From: a virus
Taxonomy: Duplodnaviria; Caudoviricetes
Virus record (IMG/VR): IMGVR_UViG_3300016652_000023
Coordinates: 1-60,847 of that record
Reading direction: 5' to 3' (one strand)
Length of the DNA: 60,847 nucleotides
Shown here: positions 38,485 through 48,659 of the stretch, piece by piece
Layout of the letters: every line of letters begins with the position of its first letter
Position numbering within the stretch: position 1 is the stretch's first letter
Program-made: the position numbers and the translations under genes
Notes under the pieces: generated by a model
What the model saw: only the letters and a program-made list of their open reading frames with translations
What the model was told of the DNA's origin: nothing
Database searches by the model: none

Positions 38485-41400
38485 ATGCCAGTATTCAATG
38501 TCAGCGGCATGGGGGCTGTCCGACTGCCCGAAGGGCTGTCGGCAGATGACTACGAACGGATTGTTAGAAGGCTTCAGGAAAAGTCTGGGGCTGCTGCTGA
38601 AGGTACGCCAGACTATAGTGCAGGCCAAACAGCCGCGATGGCGTTGCAAAGAGGGCTTGGCGGTCTTGGCATAAGCACTTTGTATGAGTTTCCTGCACTT
38701 GCTTTGACAGGCGTAGAAAAACTTACCGGATCAGAAGCAGCGGGCCGTGGTGCTGAATCATTATTAGCAAAAGCAAAAGAAGCTACGCAGTACATGGGGG
38801 AAGTTGCGCCTCGGCGATTCCAGTCTTATAAAGAACCGGAAGGCGTAGGCCAAAGCATGTTGTATGGTTTGGAGCGCTTCAGTGAAGCGGTTCCTTCCAT
38901 TGGGACATCGCTCATAGGCGGCGGTATCCCTGCGTTATTGAGTCGTGGTGCAGCGCAACGTGTTGGCGCAGCAGCTGCCGAGAAGGCTTTAGCCGGTGGT
39001 GCAGCTAAAGAAGTAGCACAAGAAGCTGGGCAAAAGGCGGCAGAGCGGTTATTGCAACGTCGTGCGTTTGCTGGTTCAGCTGGAGTCATGTATCCAGCTC
39101 AAGCAGCAGAACCGTTTGTTGGTATCTATGAACGCACAGGCGAGCGGGAGTTTGCTGCGCCAGCGTTGTCCGGCGCTGTTTCAACGTTATTGGAAGGTAT
39201 TGTCCCAACCTCCGTGCTTGGCAATCTAGGTGCTTATGGAAGGCTCAAAGCATCCGAAAGGCTATTAGACAAAGCAGGATATGGCAAAGCAGCTGCCAAC
39301 ATTGCGCTTCGTGCCGCCGGAGTTGGAGCCGCTGAGGGCTTAACAGAAACCGCCCAGCAGGCAATTACCAATTTAGCTATCCAATCTGCGGATCAAACCT
39401 TTGATGCGTTCGGTCCTGAGCGCACACAGGAATATATTGAAGCAGCCCTTAGTGGATTCTTGGGTGGCGCTCCTATTGGTGCGGCTGGTGCAGCAGCAAG
39501 GCGTATGCGTATTCCAAGGGACACGTCCAAAGAAGAGGCGGCAGTTCAAAGATTACAGGAGCTTGCTGGTGTAAAACCACCCGTCAGCCAAGAACCACAA
39601 CAAACAGCTGTCCTACCAGTAGGACAGCGACCGGCTCCATTAGAGTTTAAAGAGCCTCCTCCTGAAGTAAAACCTCCTGAAGTAAAACCCCCGGAAATTA
39701 AACCGCCTGAAGTTAAACCGGTTGACATTCAGCCGCCGGAAGTTAAAGCACCAGAGGTCAAACCTTTGGAGGCAAAGCCTCCTGAAGTCAAGCCACCGCG
39801 TGTACTGCCGGGGCAAGAGCTTAAAAGCGGCAACGTCAGATATATGGGCCAGGATGTAAGTGTTAGCTATCGGGCTTTGCCTGATGGCCGCTTGGCACGT
39901 TACATTCAGTGGCCTGATGGTGATATGCAGCAAACCTTCCTGTCAGAGAATGAACAGGGTAATACAAAGTTCTTTAGTACAGAGGTTGCTCAGAAAGAAA
40001 AGTACGGGCTTGCCAAGTTAAAACCTGAGCAGCAGCTGGCGGCAGTTGATAAAGATCTTAACCGTTACGATGAAGCGACCGGCGAAGTATTCAAAGATGA
40101 ACTGGAAATCAGGGAGCCCAAAGGTCAGGGGCTGGTACGTTCGGCCAAAGACCTTGACCTAGACTTTGTCCACGGAACGACACTTGATAAAAAACAAGAG
40201 TTATTGCGTACAGGGAAGTTTTCCCCTGTTGGGCAAGATCGTAGTTATTCATACTCGCAATTTGGTAACCAAGCGGTTTATTTTGCCCCGCCAGGATCAT
40301 GGTGGCTGGACGAAAAAAGAGCCACAGAAGGACGTGCAGCGGTATACCCGGAGCGAGTCCAAGTAGACATTGACCCTACAGCGTCGATTGCTGTGATTGA
40401 TTCCATAGAAACATTAAATCAGTTGGCCAAGATGGCTAACTACAGGCGTGGTTCGGATCTTATGCGAGATCTAAGTGCTGAAAACTTAGACATAGAGCGT
40501 GAAATCACAGAAGCTAGGAATCAAACTTTGGCGCAGTTTATTCGCAACAGGGTGAATAAACAGAAAGAAATATTAATCCAGTTGCGTGCTAAAGAAATGC
40601 GGGCAGATCCGGAGGCTATGAAACAAGAGCTTGCAGCAATAAACAACATTAAGGTCGTTGGTGATTTAGTTGATTATTTAAACAGCACCCGAGATGAAGA
40701 TGAGCAGACATCAACTGGTGAGTTTCTATCTAGGCTAGCGGATCAGTACAAATCACTTCGGAGTAATGAAACACGACAATACTTTGAGCGCCCAGAGCGT
40801 GCGACTAAACGATTGAGAGAAGCGGGCATCGACGGTATTTATGTCACACGCGGTGTTGCTAAAGAGATAGCTCGCAAGGTAGACACCAGTGCTGAAGCCA
40901 TGCGTTTGTACAACGGGCTAGAGCCAGCTTACGAACAGCTTGCCATGTTCAACATGGAAAAGGTCAAGCCCCGCCGGGAAGAAGGTTTGGTTGCACCGCC
41001 CAAGTTTGTGGAACCGATGGCTGAGTTCGGCAAGCCTGCGGTGACTGAAGCCACGATGATTGAAGACGAACTGGCTGAGATGCAAAAGCTTATTGACAAA
41101 GCTGAGTCTCAGTCAGAGAAACAACAATCACTATGGGCAACGCTGCGCGGCAAGCTTGATTCAAAAGAAGTCACTGACATTAGTCCGGATCTTGAGTATC
41201 GCTTTTTGATTGCTCCTGAAGGAAGGGGTGTAGTTATTGGCGACCTGATTGAAGACGGGGCTTTGGACCCTTGGCTTGAAGAAGATCAGCGTGGCGATGT
41301 GTTAGATGAGAAGCTGGTTAAAGAAGCGGCAGAGTCTATTAAAGAATTGCTGCGCCGCAAGGAATACATGACCGTAGCGGCCAAGAATGAGATTGCTCAA

Positions 41401-44400
41401 TTACAGCAAAGCTTGGCTCAGTTTGAACAAAGTGTTCAAGAACTGCTCAGTGAAGAGGAAGCCCTCAAGGAGATTAACAATGCACTCGCAGAAGCTCAAG
41501 AAAGAGAAATTGATGAAGCAACTGGCCAGCCTTTCCCCGTTGACGCGAGTCGGGATTTTGAAGCAGGCGTTTCCCGAAGCGAGAGTGAACGAGGCCAAGA
41601 CTTCTTACTCCAAATCCTTCCAGAAGGAGGACAAACCGTCTCTGTAAAACGGGCCGTAAGAAAGGCTTTAAAGGAATTCAAGAAAGGTGAATCTGCCGAG
41701 ACGGCGATGACTCGGATTGACGAAGCTTTTGAAAAGGCCGAGGAGCAGCGCAAACAGAAAGAAGTGGCACCTAGACAGCGCGGTGTTGCATACATCCGCG
41801 AGCGTCTGGCCAATGCTGTACGAAACGGTTTTATTGATGAAGATGCAGCAGAATTTACTGAGTGGTTTATCCAAAGAAACCCAAGGTTGCTTGATGACTT
41901 AGCCATTTCAATTATCAAGCCGCCCGAAGCGGGCAAGCCATTGTCCGGTGCAGCTGGTGGATACTCCCCAGAACAACGTCTCATGACGTTAATCAAGAAC
42001 AGAGCGAATGACACAACAGCTGTCCATGAGATGCTGCACCACCTTGAAAGGCTGATGCCTGCTGATGTTCAGGCCGCAATCTTAAAGACTTGGGCAAAGT
42101 CATTAGCAAAAAAAGCAAAACTTGCAACAGATCCTCTGGAGCAACAGTTTTTTGATCGCTTGATGAAATATCATTTTGGCGATCCAGACAAAGGTGGCGG
42201 CGGTGACCTAATTAAAAAAGCCGCTGTAAATATGATTCGTAATGGACAGGTGGGCAGGGATCTGTATCAATACACGGATGCGTCTGAGTTCTGGGCAGAG
42301 AATGGTTCGGAAATCATGCGTGGTCGGTACGATTTAAAGCCTGGGATTATTGCCAAGCTTAAGCAGTGGCTGGCTGATGTCGCAGAGTACATCAAAGACT
42401 TCTTTAATCTTCCGTCTAAGGCTCCCATCCTTCGCGCCTTGAAGAGCTTAAGTAAAGCTGATGGTGAATACCAGAGCCTGTACATGTTGAGCAAAGGCCC
42501 GCAGCCGGTCCTGGGCGAAGACTTTGTGGCGCAGCCGGAGAAGGAAGAAGACTTTAGATTGCAGATGGCCAAATCCTCTGACCTGTTGGATGGTTCTCCA
42601 AGGGATATAGATCGTGGGCTTCGTACCATGATTGAATCAGCTCCGCGTATTGACCAAGGCATAACCAAAGTCCGTCAGGCCGTCGGTGATTTCACATCTG
42701 ACAACTCATCCATGTTGTTGTCCTTCCTTAACTTGCGGCAACTTGGTAAAGCAGCAGGCAACATCCTGCCGCAGATGATGGACTACTATCGCAAGACCAG
42801 TGAGATGCTGACCTTCAGGGACAATCGTCTTGTCCGTGCAGCGCAGCTGGTAGAGCGTTGGGACAAATGGTCTAACGACAATCCAGCAGACGGCAAAGCG
42901 TTATCCACTGTCCTACTTAAGGCAAGGCTGACAGGGCTGCGGCCAACACGAGATGAAGACTTGAAGCGGATCACTGACCAAGAGTTTCTAAATGCTTGGA
43001 ACAAGATCAAAGGCACAGAAGGCGAAAAGATCTTCAAAGAGATTGATCGGTTCTTCCGTACCAGTGCTCAGTTGTATTTCAATGCTTTGGGTAAGCGCAT
43101 CCGCAACTCCATTGAAAACAAACAAGCCAGACGGCTGGCATTTGATTTAATCAAAGCTGAGTACAACAAGTTTGTACAGGGTGGGTTTTACTTCCCGTTT
43201 GCACGTTTTGGTGATTACTGGGTTGCCTACAAATATCAAAACAATACACCGGCCTACTACATGTTTGAGAGTCAGGCCGACCAGCGCAACTTTATTGAAC
43301 AGACGGTTACGCCCAAGCTAAAAGCCAACGAGATCAAAGACTTTAAGTCCGGCACGAAGACATCTCAGATGATGGGTGACGGCGTGGCCATGTCGGAGTT
43401 CATTACCAAGCTCATGGATCTGGTGGATGAGAACGTCCAGATGAACATGTTTGGTGAATCAGCAAACAACGCGACTGCCAAGTCACAACTGAAGGATGAC
43501 ATTTGGCAGCTGTATCTCACGATGGGTCCAGACCTAAGTGTGCAAAAGCATTTCATCCACGCCAAGAAAGTCGAAGGCTATTCCGTCGATGCACTGCGGG
43601 CTTTCTCCGAATCAGCATTTCATGGGACATATCACTTAGCCAGGATTACTTACGGCGGTGACTTAGATCGTATTGTTCTTGATGCAAGGAACCTCCAAAA
43701 CAACGAGCCAAGCAATGAGCGTGGTCGGTTTGTCGAAGAGCTGCAGCGCCATCATCAGGACTTTAGTTCGCCTCAAGGTGGCAATCAGTACGTCAGTGCG
43801 CTGACTAATTTTGGCTTCATGTTTTACCTGTCGGCTCCTGCATCCGCGATTGTCAACATTTCGCAAGTGCCGATTGTTGCAGCGCCATACATGGCGGCAT
43901 TCTTTAAGAAGAGTCACCTCTATGCGCTACGGCAACTAGGCGCTGCGGCCAAGGAGTTCTTAGCATCCCGCAAGGGTACGCAGTTTGATCTGCCTGCTTA
44001 TCTCCTGGCGCAAAGCAAGAACAACGAACTAAGTTCGCAAGAGCGCAGCAAATACAAAGCGGAGTATGAAGCGATAAACCGATTGCTTGGTACGTTGAAC
44101 CGTACACAAACCTTATCGCTTGCCGGTATTGCCGAGCGTCCCAGTGCGCTCTTTGCAACGGGCATCAAAGGTGCCATGCGGACTAAGGCTTTGACCAAGT
44201 ATCAGAAGGTCAGGATTGCTTTGGGCTACATGTTCAACCAAGCGGAATTGTTTAACCGCCAAGTGACTGCACTGGCTGCATACCGCATGGCGCTTGAAGC
44301 AAAGAACCGTGACGGCACTACTAAGTATGATCAAAGTCAGGCCATCGAAGTAGCGCGTGACATTGTTGATGAAACGCACTTTGAGTATGCAGCGGAGACC

Positions 44401-45483
44401 AAAGCTAGGTTTATGCGTGGGCCGGTGGGCCAGCTGGTATTCCAGTTCATGAACTATGCCCAGCAGATGACGGCGTTGCTGGCAACAAGTCTTAAAAATT
44501 GTTTCTTAAACAAAAACGAAATGGCAAGACTTGAAGCTATTGCCAATGATAAGAACAAGACAGAACAAGAACGCAAAGAAGCACGCGAACAGATAGAAGA
44601 CATGAAGGACATCAAACGTGAGGCAATTAAACGTCTCAGTGGGATCATGTTTATGACTGGCGCATTTGCAGGCTACGAAGGATTGCCATTCTTCTGGGCG
44701 ATTGAGATGGTGATGAACGCCATGCTTGGCGATGACGATGAGCCTTATGACTTCAAGCTTGAAGCCAAGCAAGGTCTTACTGAACTCTTTGGCGATAATG
44801 TGGCCAGGATGTTCAGCACCGGCGTAATTTCAGAAGTGACACAGATGGACTGGGCGTCTCGTACAAGTCTTAATGGACTCTGGTTCCGCGAAAATGTCAC
44901 ATCCAAGGATGAGGCCGAGTGGTTACGCAACCAGTTGGTTGATGCGCTTGGCCCTGCGGTTGGCATGTTTGTTGGGGTGGCTGAAGGATTGAAGAAGATC
45001 AATGATGGCTACACCATGCGTGGGATTGAAACCATGATGCCGCCCATATTGAAAGATGGCTTTAAGTCCTACAGGTTTGCAACGGAGGGTGCAACAACCC
45101 TGCGTGGTGATCCTATTGTTGCAGATGTTGGGCCATATGGCATTTTGATTCAGCTGCTTGGGTTTACACCACAAGAGGTTGCCCGTGGCCAGGAAGCTCG
45201 TGGCGAGATCTTAAACATCGTGGGCCAGCTGGACCGCAAGCGTAGCAACTTGATGAACCGTTTATGGATAGCCCATAGGACGGGAGATACATCGGCCTAC
45301 GATGATATTGGCGATGAGATCATTGAGTTCAACAGTAAGAACCCTACTGAGGAGATCACGGACGATACGATTCGCCGGTCGTTTGCCCAGCGGCAGAGGA
45401 TCTCTGATCGTGCAGTTCAGGGACTTAGTCTGCCCGAGCGTCGCCAGTATTTATTGGAAAAGATTGAGTACGCTGGAGACTAA
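38485..45483 (+). CDS. Large polyvalent protein (ART-like, HExxH metallopeptidase-like and PLxRFG-like regions)
   Basis: 'FVHGT...AVYF...GIDGI...EQLAMFN', 'VHEMLHHL', 'YFPFARFGDYW'; VKPPE linker repeats. Confidence 0.8.
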   Translation: MPVFNVSGMGAVRLPEGLSADDYERIVRRLQEKSGAAAEGTPDYSAGQTAAMALQRGLGGLGISTLYEFPALALTGVEKLTGSEAAGRGAESLLAKAKEATQYMGEVAPRRFQSYKEPEGVGQSMLYGLERFSEAVPSIGTSLIGGGIPALLSRGAAQRVGAAAAEKALAGGAAKEVAQEAGQKAAERLLQRRAFAGSAGVMYPAQAAEPFVGIYERTGEREFAAPALSGAVSTLLEGIVPTSVLGNLGAYGRLKASERLLDKAGYGKAAANIALRAAGVGAAEGLTETAQQAITNLAIQSADQTFDAFGPERTQEYIEAALSGFLGGAPIGAAGAAARRMRIPRDTSKEEAAVQRLQELAGVKPPVSQEPQQTAVLPVGQRPAPLEFKEPPPEVKPPEVKPPEIKPPEVKPVDIQPPEVKAPEVKPLEAKPPEVKPPRVLPGQELKSGNVRYMGQDVSVSYRALPDGRLARYIQWPDGDMQQTFLSENEQGNTKFFSTEVAQKEKYGLAKLKPEQQLAAVDKDLNRYDEATGEVFKDELEIREPKGQGLVRSAKDLDLDFVHGTTLDKKQELLRTGKFSPVGQDRSYSYSQFGNQAVYFAPPGSWWLDEKRATEGRAAVYPERVQVDIDPTASIAVIDSIETLNQLAKMANYRRGSDLMRDLSAENLDIEREITEARNQTLAQFIRNRVNKQKEILIQLRAKEMRADPEAMKQELAAINNIKVVGDLVDYLNSTRDEDEQTSTGEFLSRLADQYKSLRSNETRQYFERPERATKRLREAGIDGIYVTRGVAKEIARKVDTSAEAMRLYNGLEPAYEQLAMFNMEKVKPRREEGLVAPPKFVEPMAEFGKPAVTEATMIEDELAEMQKLIDKAESQSEKQQSLWATLRGKLDSKEVTDISPDLEYRFLIAPEGRGVVIGDLIEDGALDPWLEEDQRGDVLDEKLVKEAAESIKELLRRKEYMTVAAKNEIAQLQQSLAQFEQSVQELLSEEEALKEINNALAEAQEREIDEATGQPFPVDASRDFEAGVSRSESERGQDFLLQILPEGGQTVSVKRAVRKALKEFKKGESAETAMTRIDEAFEKAEEQRKQKEVAPRQRGVAYIRERLANAVRNGFIDEDAAEFTEWFIQRNPRLLDDLAISIIKPPEAGKPLSGAAGGYSPEQRLMTLIKNRANDTTAVHEMLHHLERLMPADVQAAILKTWAKSLAKKAKLATDPLEQQFFDRLMKYHFGDPDKGGGGDLIKKAAVNMIRNGQVGRDLYQYTDASEFWAENGSEIMRGRYDLKPGIIAKLKQWLADVAEYIKDFFNLPSKAPILRALKSLSKADGEYQSLYMLSKGPQPVLGEDFVAQPEKEEDFRLQMAKSSDLLDGSPRDIDRGLRTMIESAPRIDQGITKVRQAVGDFTSDNSSMLLSFLNLRQLGKAAGNILPQMMDYYRKTSEMLTFRDNRLVRAAQLVERWDKWSNDNPADGKALSTVLLKARLTGLRPTRDEDLKRITDQEFLNAWNKIKGTEGEKIFKEIDRFFRTSAQLYFNALGKRIRNSIENKQARRLAFDLIKAEYNKFVQGGFYFPFARFGDYWVAYKYQNNTPAYYMFESQADQRNFIEQTVTPKLKANEIKDFKSGTKTSQMMGDGVAMSEFITKLMDLVDENVQMNMFGESANNATAKSQLKDDIWQLYLTMGPDLSVQKHFIHAKKVEGYSVDALRAFSESAFHGTYHLARITYGGDLDRIVLDARNLQNNEPSNERGRFVEELQRHHQDFSSPQGGNQYVSALTNFGFMFYLSAPASAIVNISQVPIVAAPYMAAFFKKSHLYALRQLGAAAKEFLASRKGTQFDLPAYLLAQSKNNELSSQERSKYKAEYEAINRLLGTLNRTQTLSLAGIAERPSALFATGIKGAMRTKALTKYQKVRIALGYMFNQAELFNRQVTALAAYRMALEAKNRDGTTKYDQSQAIEVARDIVDETHFEYAAETKARFMRGPVGQLVFQFMNYAQQMTALLATSLKNCFLNKNEMARLEAIANDKNKTEQERKEAREQIEDMKDIKREAIKRLSGIMFMTGAFAGYEGLPFFWAIEMVMNAMLGDDDEPYDFKLEAKQGLTELFGDNVARMFSTGVISEVTQMDWASRTSLNGLWFRENVTSKDEAEWLRNQLVDALGPAVGMFVGVAEGLKKINDGYTMRGIETMMPPILKDGFKSYRFATEGATTLRGDPIVADVGPYGILIQLLGFTPQEVARGQEARGEILNIVGQLDRKRSNLMNRLWIAHRTGDTSAYDDIGDEIIEFNSKNPTEEITDDTIRRSFAQRQRISDRAVQGLSLPERRQYLLEKIEYAGD

Positions 45484-45760
45484 GTGCTTCCAGGGTCATG
45501 GCGAGAAGGTCAAGTTCACTAAGTTTGTATCGGGTGTAAAAGCCTCTCTCGCCCAGGCCGTGGACTCCTGAGTTACCTTGATGATGCTCAGGACATAAAG
45601 GCACAACAAGAAAGTTGCTAGCCCGCTGGCTCATGCCCTGTCCTTCACGGATGTGATGAAGATGAGCCGGGGTTTCGCCAAGATCTAAGTGTTTACACAA
45701 GATGCAGCCGATACTGGCTACACGGTTCATGTGTTCCCTGTCAGCCTTGCGTGCCATCAT
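45425..45760 (-). CDS. Ref-family (recombination enhancement) HNH-like nuclease
   Basis: 'VASIGCILC', 'HLHHIREGQGMSQRASNF.VVPLCPEHH', 'G.HG'. Confidence 0.8.
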   Translation of the reverse strand: MMARKADREHMNRVASIGCILCKHLDLGETPAHLHHIREGQGMSQRASNFLVVPLCPEHHQGNSGVHGLGERGFYTRYKLSELDLLAMTLEALSLQRTQSFPINTGDARAD

Positions 45761-45932
45761 CTCCCCTTGCTCTTATAGCTTGCGCAGCCAACTTTGTAAT
45801 GTCTGACGCATATTCAGGATGTACGGCAAGCACATCACACACCCTTGCACACGCCTCTCTTTCCTCAAGCACAGCTCTCTTGACCATAGCTTGCACTTGT
45901 GCCTCATCGTATTGGGTGTCATCGTCAGTCAT
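45741..45932 (-). CDS. Hypothetical protein
   Basis: 'EEREACARVCD...AIRARG' module common in small phage ORFs. Confidence 0.7.
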   Translation of the reverse strand: MTDDDTQYDEAQVQAMVKRAVLEEREACARVCDVLAVHPEYASDITKLAAQAIRARGDDGTQG

Positions 45933-46149
45933 TTTTCACCTCAAAAAACGTTATGCTTGCTAGTAACTCAACAGCTTTTAAACGATCTCTTGCAAAGTAA
46001 GATTTATCGCTCATGATGCTTAACAAATTTTTAATCACCATCTTTTGTAGTTCAACGACCTCATCGGCTGTGCAGCAATGTCCGCACCGTGGGCATTCAA
46101 AATCAAGATAGGAGTGTGGTTTCTGGTGCATGTTGTGATCCCCACTCAT
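45925..46149 (-). CDS. Hypothetical protein with CPRCGHCC
   Basis: Coupled ORF in leftward operon. Confidence 0.6.
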   Translation of the reverse strand: MSGDHNMHQKPHSYLDFECPRCGHCCTADEVVELQKMVIKNLLSIMSDKSYFARDRLKAVELLASITFFEVKND

Positions 46150-46421
46150 TTTTCACTCCTTGCTCGTATTGCTGATGCGACATACTTTTCAAATAAAGCA
46201 TCTCTGTCGTTTGCCGCCTTTTCATATAGCGCCGCCATTCTTGCTAAGCCTTGCCGTAACTCCTCGTTTTCTTCTGATTTTGCGGCAGCAGCAACAAGGG
46301 CGGCGAAGCGTTCAAGAACATCGGGGGTGGCAAAAACTTGCACATCGTCCCAGTGCTCTGGGCTTCTGAATGGTTTGCACCCCGCCTCTCGCGCCATGCG
46401 GATTATTTGTTCTCTATCCAT
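46146..46421 (-). CDS. Hypothetical protein
   Basis: 'MDREQIIRMAREAG', 'LERFAALVAA', 'AIRARS'. Confidence 0.7.
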   Translation of the reverse strand: MDREQIIRMAREAGCKPFRSPEHWDDVQVFATPDVLERFAALVAAAAKSEENEELRQGLARMAALYEKAANDRDALFEKYVASAIRARSEK

Positions 46422-46678
46422 TATTCTTCTCCTTCTTTGTTACTCCATTCTTGCCACCTTGCTGCGATGAGATCTAATAAATGTTTAAGCAGCGATTGAT
46501 CTGAATCAGATAAATCATCTCTACCAGCGTACTCAAACAGCAAGTTCCATATAGCTTCGCGCTCATGCTCGGCAACAAGATATACAAAGTATTTAAGCTG
46601 ATAAAAAGCATGAACAACCCCGTTAGAATCAGCAAGCCCAGCCTCCCGCGCCATGCGGATAATGTCTTCTCTATCCAT
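46421..46678 (-). CDS. Hypothetical protein (N-terminus paralogous to 46146-46421)
   Basis: 'MDREDIIRMAREAG'. Confidence 0.7.
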   Translation of the reverse strand: MDREDIIRMAREAGLADSNGVVHAFYQLKYFVYLVAEHEREAIWNLLFEYAGRDDLSDSDQSLLKHLLDLIAARWQEWSNKEGEE

Positions 46679-46955
46679 GATTTTTCTCTCGCAGCTTGGC
46701 TTCGATAACTCCGGCGAAATGCCACTCTAGACCGTCCGCTGGCGTAATAATCTGACCATGCACTGAGTATTTGTGCCTTTGGTATTGAATGGCTGCCAAC
46801 TGCTCACATTCATAGACCTCTTCTTCTGTCAGCCCAACCCATTCTTTCTTTGCTGGCTTGCTTGAAAGACAGGTCACTGTGTAAGCTCTACCACACTGAC
46901 AACTCCATGCCATAGACCCATCTGCTGGTGTCTTTGCGTTCTTGTTTTCGCTCAT
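46671..46955 (-). CDS. Hypothetical protein
   Basis: 'WVGLTEEE...FA..IEAKLREKN' module. Confidence 0.65.
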   Translation of the reverse strand: MSENKNAKTPADGSMAWSCQCGRAYTVTCLSSKPAKKEWVGLTEEEVYECEQLAAIQYQRHKYSVHGQIITPADGLEWHFAGVIEAKLREKNHG

Positions 46956-47479
46956 GTGTTCTTCTCCCGCACCTTGGATTCGACCCATCGTGCAAATGAA
47001 ATACGATTCTCAAAAGGCCAGGGTTCCATAATTTCATCATCCGTCAGCCCAACCCATGACGGACGATGAAATTCACGCTGTTTAAGCCGCTCAATCTCTG
47101 CTCGTAACTCAGCATTGATCTTTGCTTCTTCAATTCCTTTGCGGATTAAATCGCTTGTGACTTGATTGTTGCGATGCTCCCAATCGCTGTACAACATATT
47201 TGTTCGTGCAAGGAATTCAATCTTTTCGTTTTGGCGTTTGATCTCAGCATCCTTGAGGGAACAGTCGTTGTAATTTTCACAGCAAGTGTCAACCATGCCG
47301 TAAGGGCAAGTAGTTCTGTTCATGTGTTCTTCTTGCTCTGTTTCTAACGCTTGCTGCAATGCCTGCCTTGCATCGTCTATTTTCTTAACGTCATTGGCGG
47401 TATGCCAGAGTTGACCATCTTCAGTCGGAAAGAAATAGTCAAAGGCATCTAATGCCATCTGCATCGCTTCTCTGCTCAT
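46952..47479 (-). CDS. Hypothetical protein
   Basis: 'MSREAMQMALDA', 'WVGLTDDE...FA..VESKVREKN'. Confidence 0.65.
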   Translation of the reverse strand: MSREAMQMALDAFDYFFPTEDGQLWHTANDVKKIDDARQALQQALETEQEEHMNRTTCPYGMVDTCCENYNDCSLKDAEIKRQNEKIEFLARTNMLYSDWEHRNNQVTSDLIRKGIEEAKINAELRAEIERLKQREFHRPSWVGLTDDEIMEPWPFENRISFARWVESKVREKNT

Positions 47480-47712
47480 GCTGCTCTCCATCCTGTGACA
47501 TCTTCCGTCCAGCTGCGTCGCCACAACATGTCTATCGCAAGTTGAGCGCCAGCATCATTTAACTCTGCCGTCGTATAAACCTTGCGATGCGTAATGAGTC
47601 CTGGCCCAACCCAGCGATGCTTATCTGTGTAATGAGGCATATAAGAAATGCCGTGAAACACATAAACAGGCTGTCGTTCTGTAATTGCTGGTTCGTTTAA
47701 TTTGCCAATCAT
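47476..47712 (-). CDS. Hypothetical protein
   Basis: AGGAG RBS; coupled ORF. Confidence 0.6.
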   Translation of the reverse strand: MIGKLNEPAITERQPVYVFHGISYMPHYTDKHRWVGPGLITHRKVYTTAELNDAGAQLAIDMLWRRSWTEDVTGWRAA

Positions 47713-47903
47713 GATTTCTCCTGTTGAATAGATTTAACTTTTGGGGAATTTTCTATCGTTGTAAATCGCTCTTTGCAATTTGTGCATTCCCGGCGGCGCT
47801 CTATGTAATACCGACGTTCATTAGGCTCCCAATAAGATCGTGTATCCAAAACTTTGGTCTTATAAGAAGTTCCTTTTGGTAATCTGCAATAAGGACACTG
47901 CAT
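47709..47903 (-). CDS. NrdR-like zinc-ribbon protein lacking ATP-cone
   Basis: MQCPYC....TKVLDTR.....ERRRECTNCKERFTTIE closely matches the NrdR N-terminus. Confidence 0.75.
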   Translation of the reverse strand: MQCPYCRLPKGTSYKTKVLDTRSYWEPNERRYYIERRRECTNCKERFTTIENSPKVKSIQQEKS

Positions 47904-47905
47904 GG

Positions 47906-48145
47906 TTATGCCTGATCGTTGTTTTGTTTTTTCCACTCATCGGGCGGCGGTCTTCTAGCTGCGTCCCATCCCGCTCGGAAAGCGCGTCCGTTAGCCGACT
48001 TTGCAAACATGTACCTTGTGGCTTTGATATCGGTCTTGAGTTGGATAAACCAGTTAACCCAAGATTCATAGGCTGGATGAAACTCTGCGGGGCAGCTGCG
48101 CCCCTGATCGCATTCGCCATGACATGGCGGACAAGTCTTCATCAA
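47906..48145 (-). CDS. Cys-rich hypothetical protein
   Basis: 'CPPCHGECDQGRSCPA'. Confidence 0.6.
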   Translation of the reverse strand: MMKTCPPCHGECDQGRSCPAEFHPAYESWVNWFIQLKTDIKATRYMFAKSANGRAFRAGWDAARRPPPDEWKKQNNDQA

Positions 48146-48366
48146 TGCACCGGTCCTTTCGGTACGGCAAACTCATCGTAGAGCATGTCGTACAGTTGGT
48201 TAGTCTTTTCTTTCAGCCTGTCCATAGGTACTTCGTTGTACAAGGCAAGCATGAAAGCCATTCGGATCACAAGCGTGAGAGCTATGTCCACAGGAATGTC
48301 CTGCTCAGACATCCACTGGGCTAACCCCTCTTCCCACCGTTTGTACTGGCGCAGGCGTTGGTTCAT
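48142..48366 (-). CDS. Hypothetical protein
   Basis: Coupled ORF. Confidence 0.6.
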   Translation of the reverse strand: MNQRLRQYKRWEEGLAQWMSEQDIPVDIALTLVIRMAFMLALYNEVPMDRLKEKTNQLYDMLYDEFAVPKGPVH

Positions 48367-48659
48367 GTTTTCTTTTCCACAAAGGTTTGAAGTTCCTCAA
48401 CGATCATTTCGCTGATCGTCTTGCCATTGGGGAAACGAATAGCACCATGCTTGCTGTTCTTGACGACCTCAATAGCGGCGACTAAACCCACTCGCATCCC
48501 CGAATTGAAATCATCCCCGCGCTGGTCGATTGTGTCTAGTGCTGTGCGTATCAAGTCAGACGCCTTGCGGTTGCCAGCCATTGCGCGGAGTTTGTCAACC
48601 TGATCCTCACGCAGATAGACTGAGTAAGGGATCATGTTTCGCTTGTAGCTCTTTTCCAT
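48363..48659 (-). CDS. Putative ribbon-helix-helix DNA-binding protein
   Basis: 'YSVYLREDQVDKLRAMA...KASDLIRTALD' fits the RHH pattern. Confidence 0.55.
   Translation of the reverse strand: MEKSYKRNMIPYSVYLREDQVDKLRAMAGNRKASDLIRTALDTIDQRGDDFNSGMRVGLVAAIEVVKNSKHGAIRFPNGKTISEMIVEELQTFVEKKT

Noticed and set aside
39650-39800. 15-bp tandem repeat as a regulatory array
   Set aside because: It is in frame and encodes a VKPPE proline-rich linker
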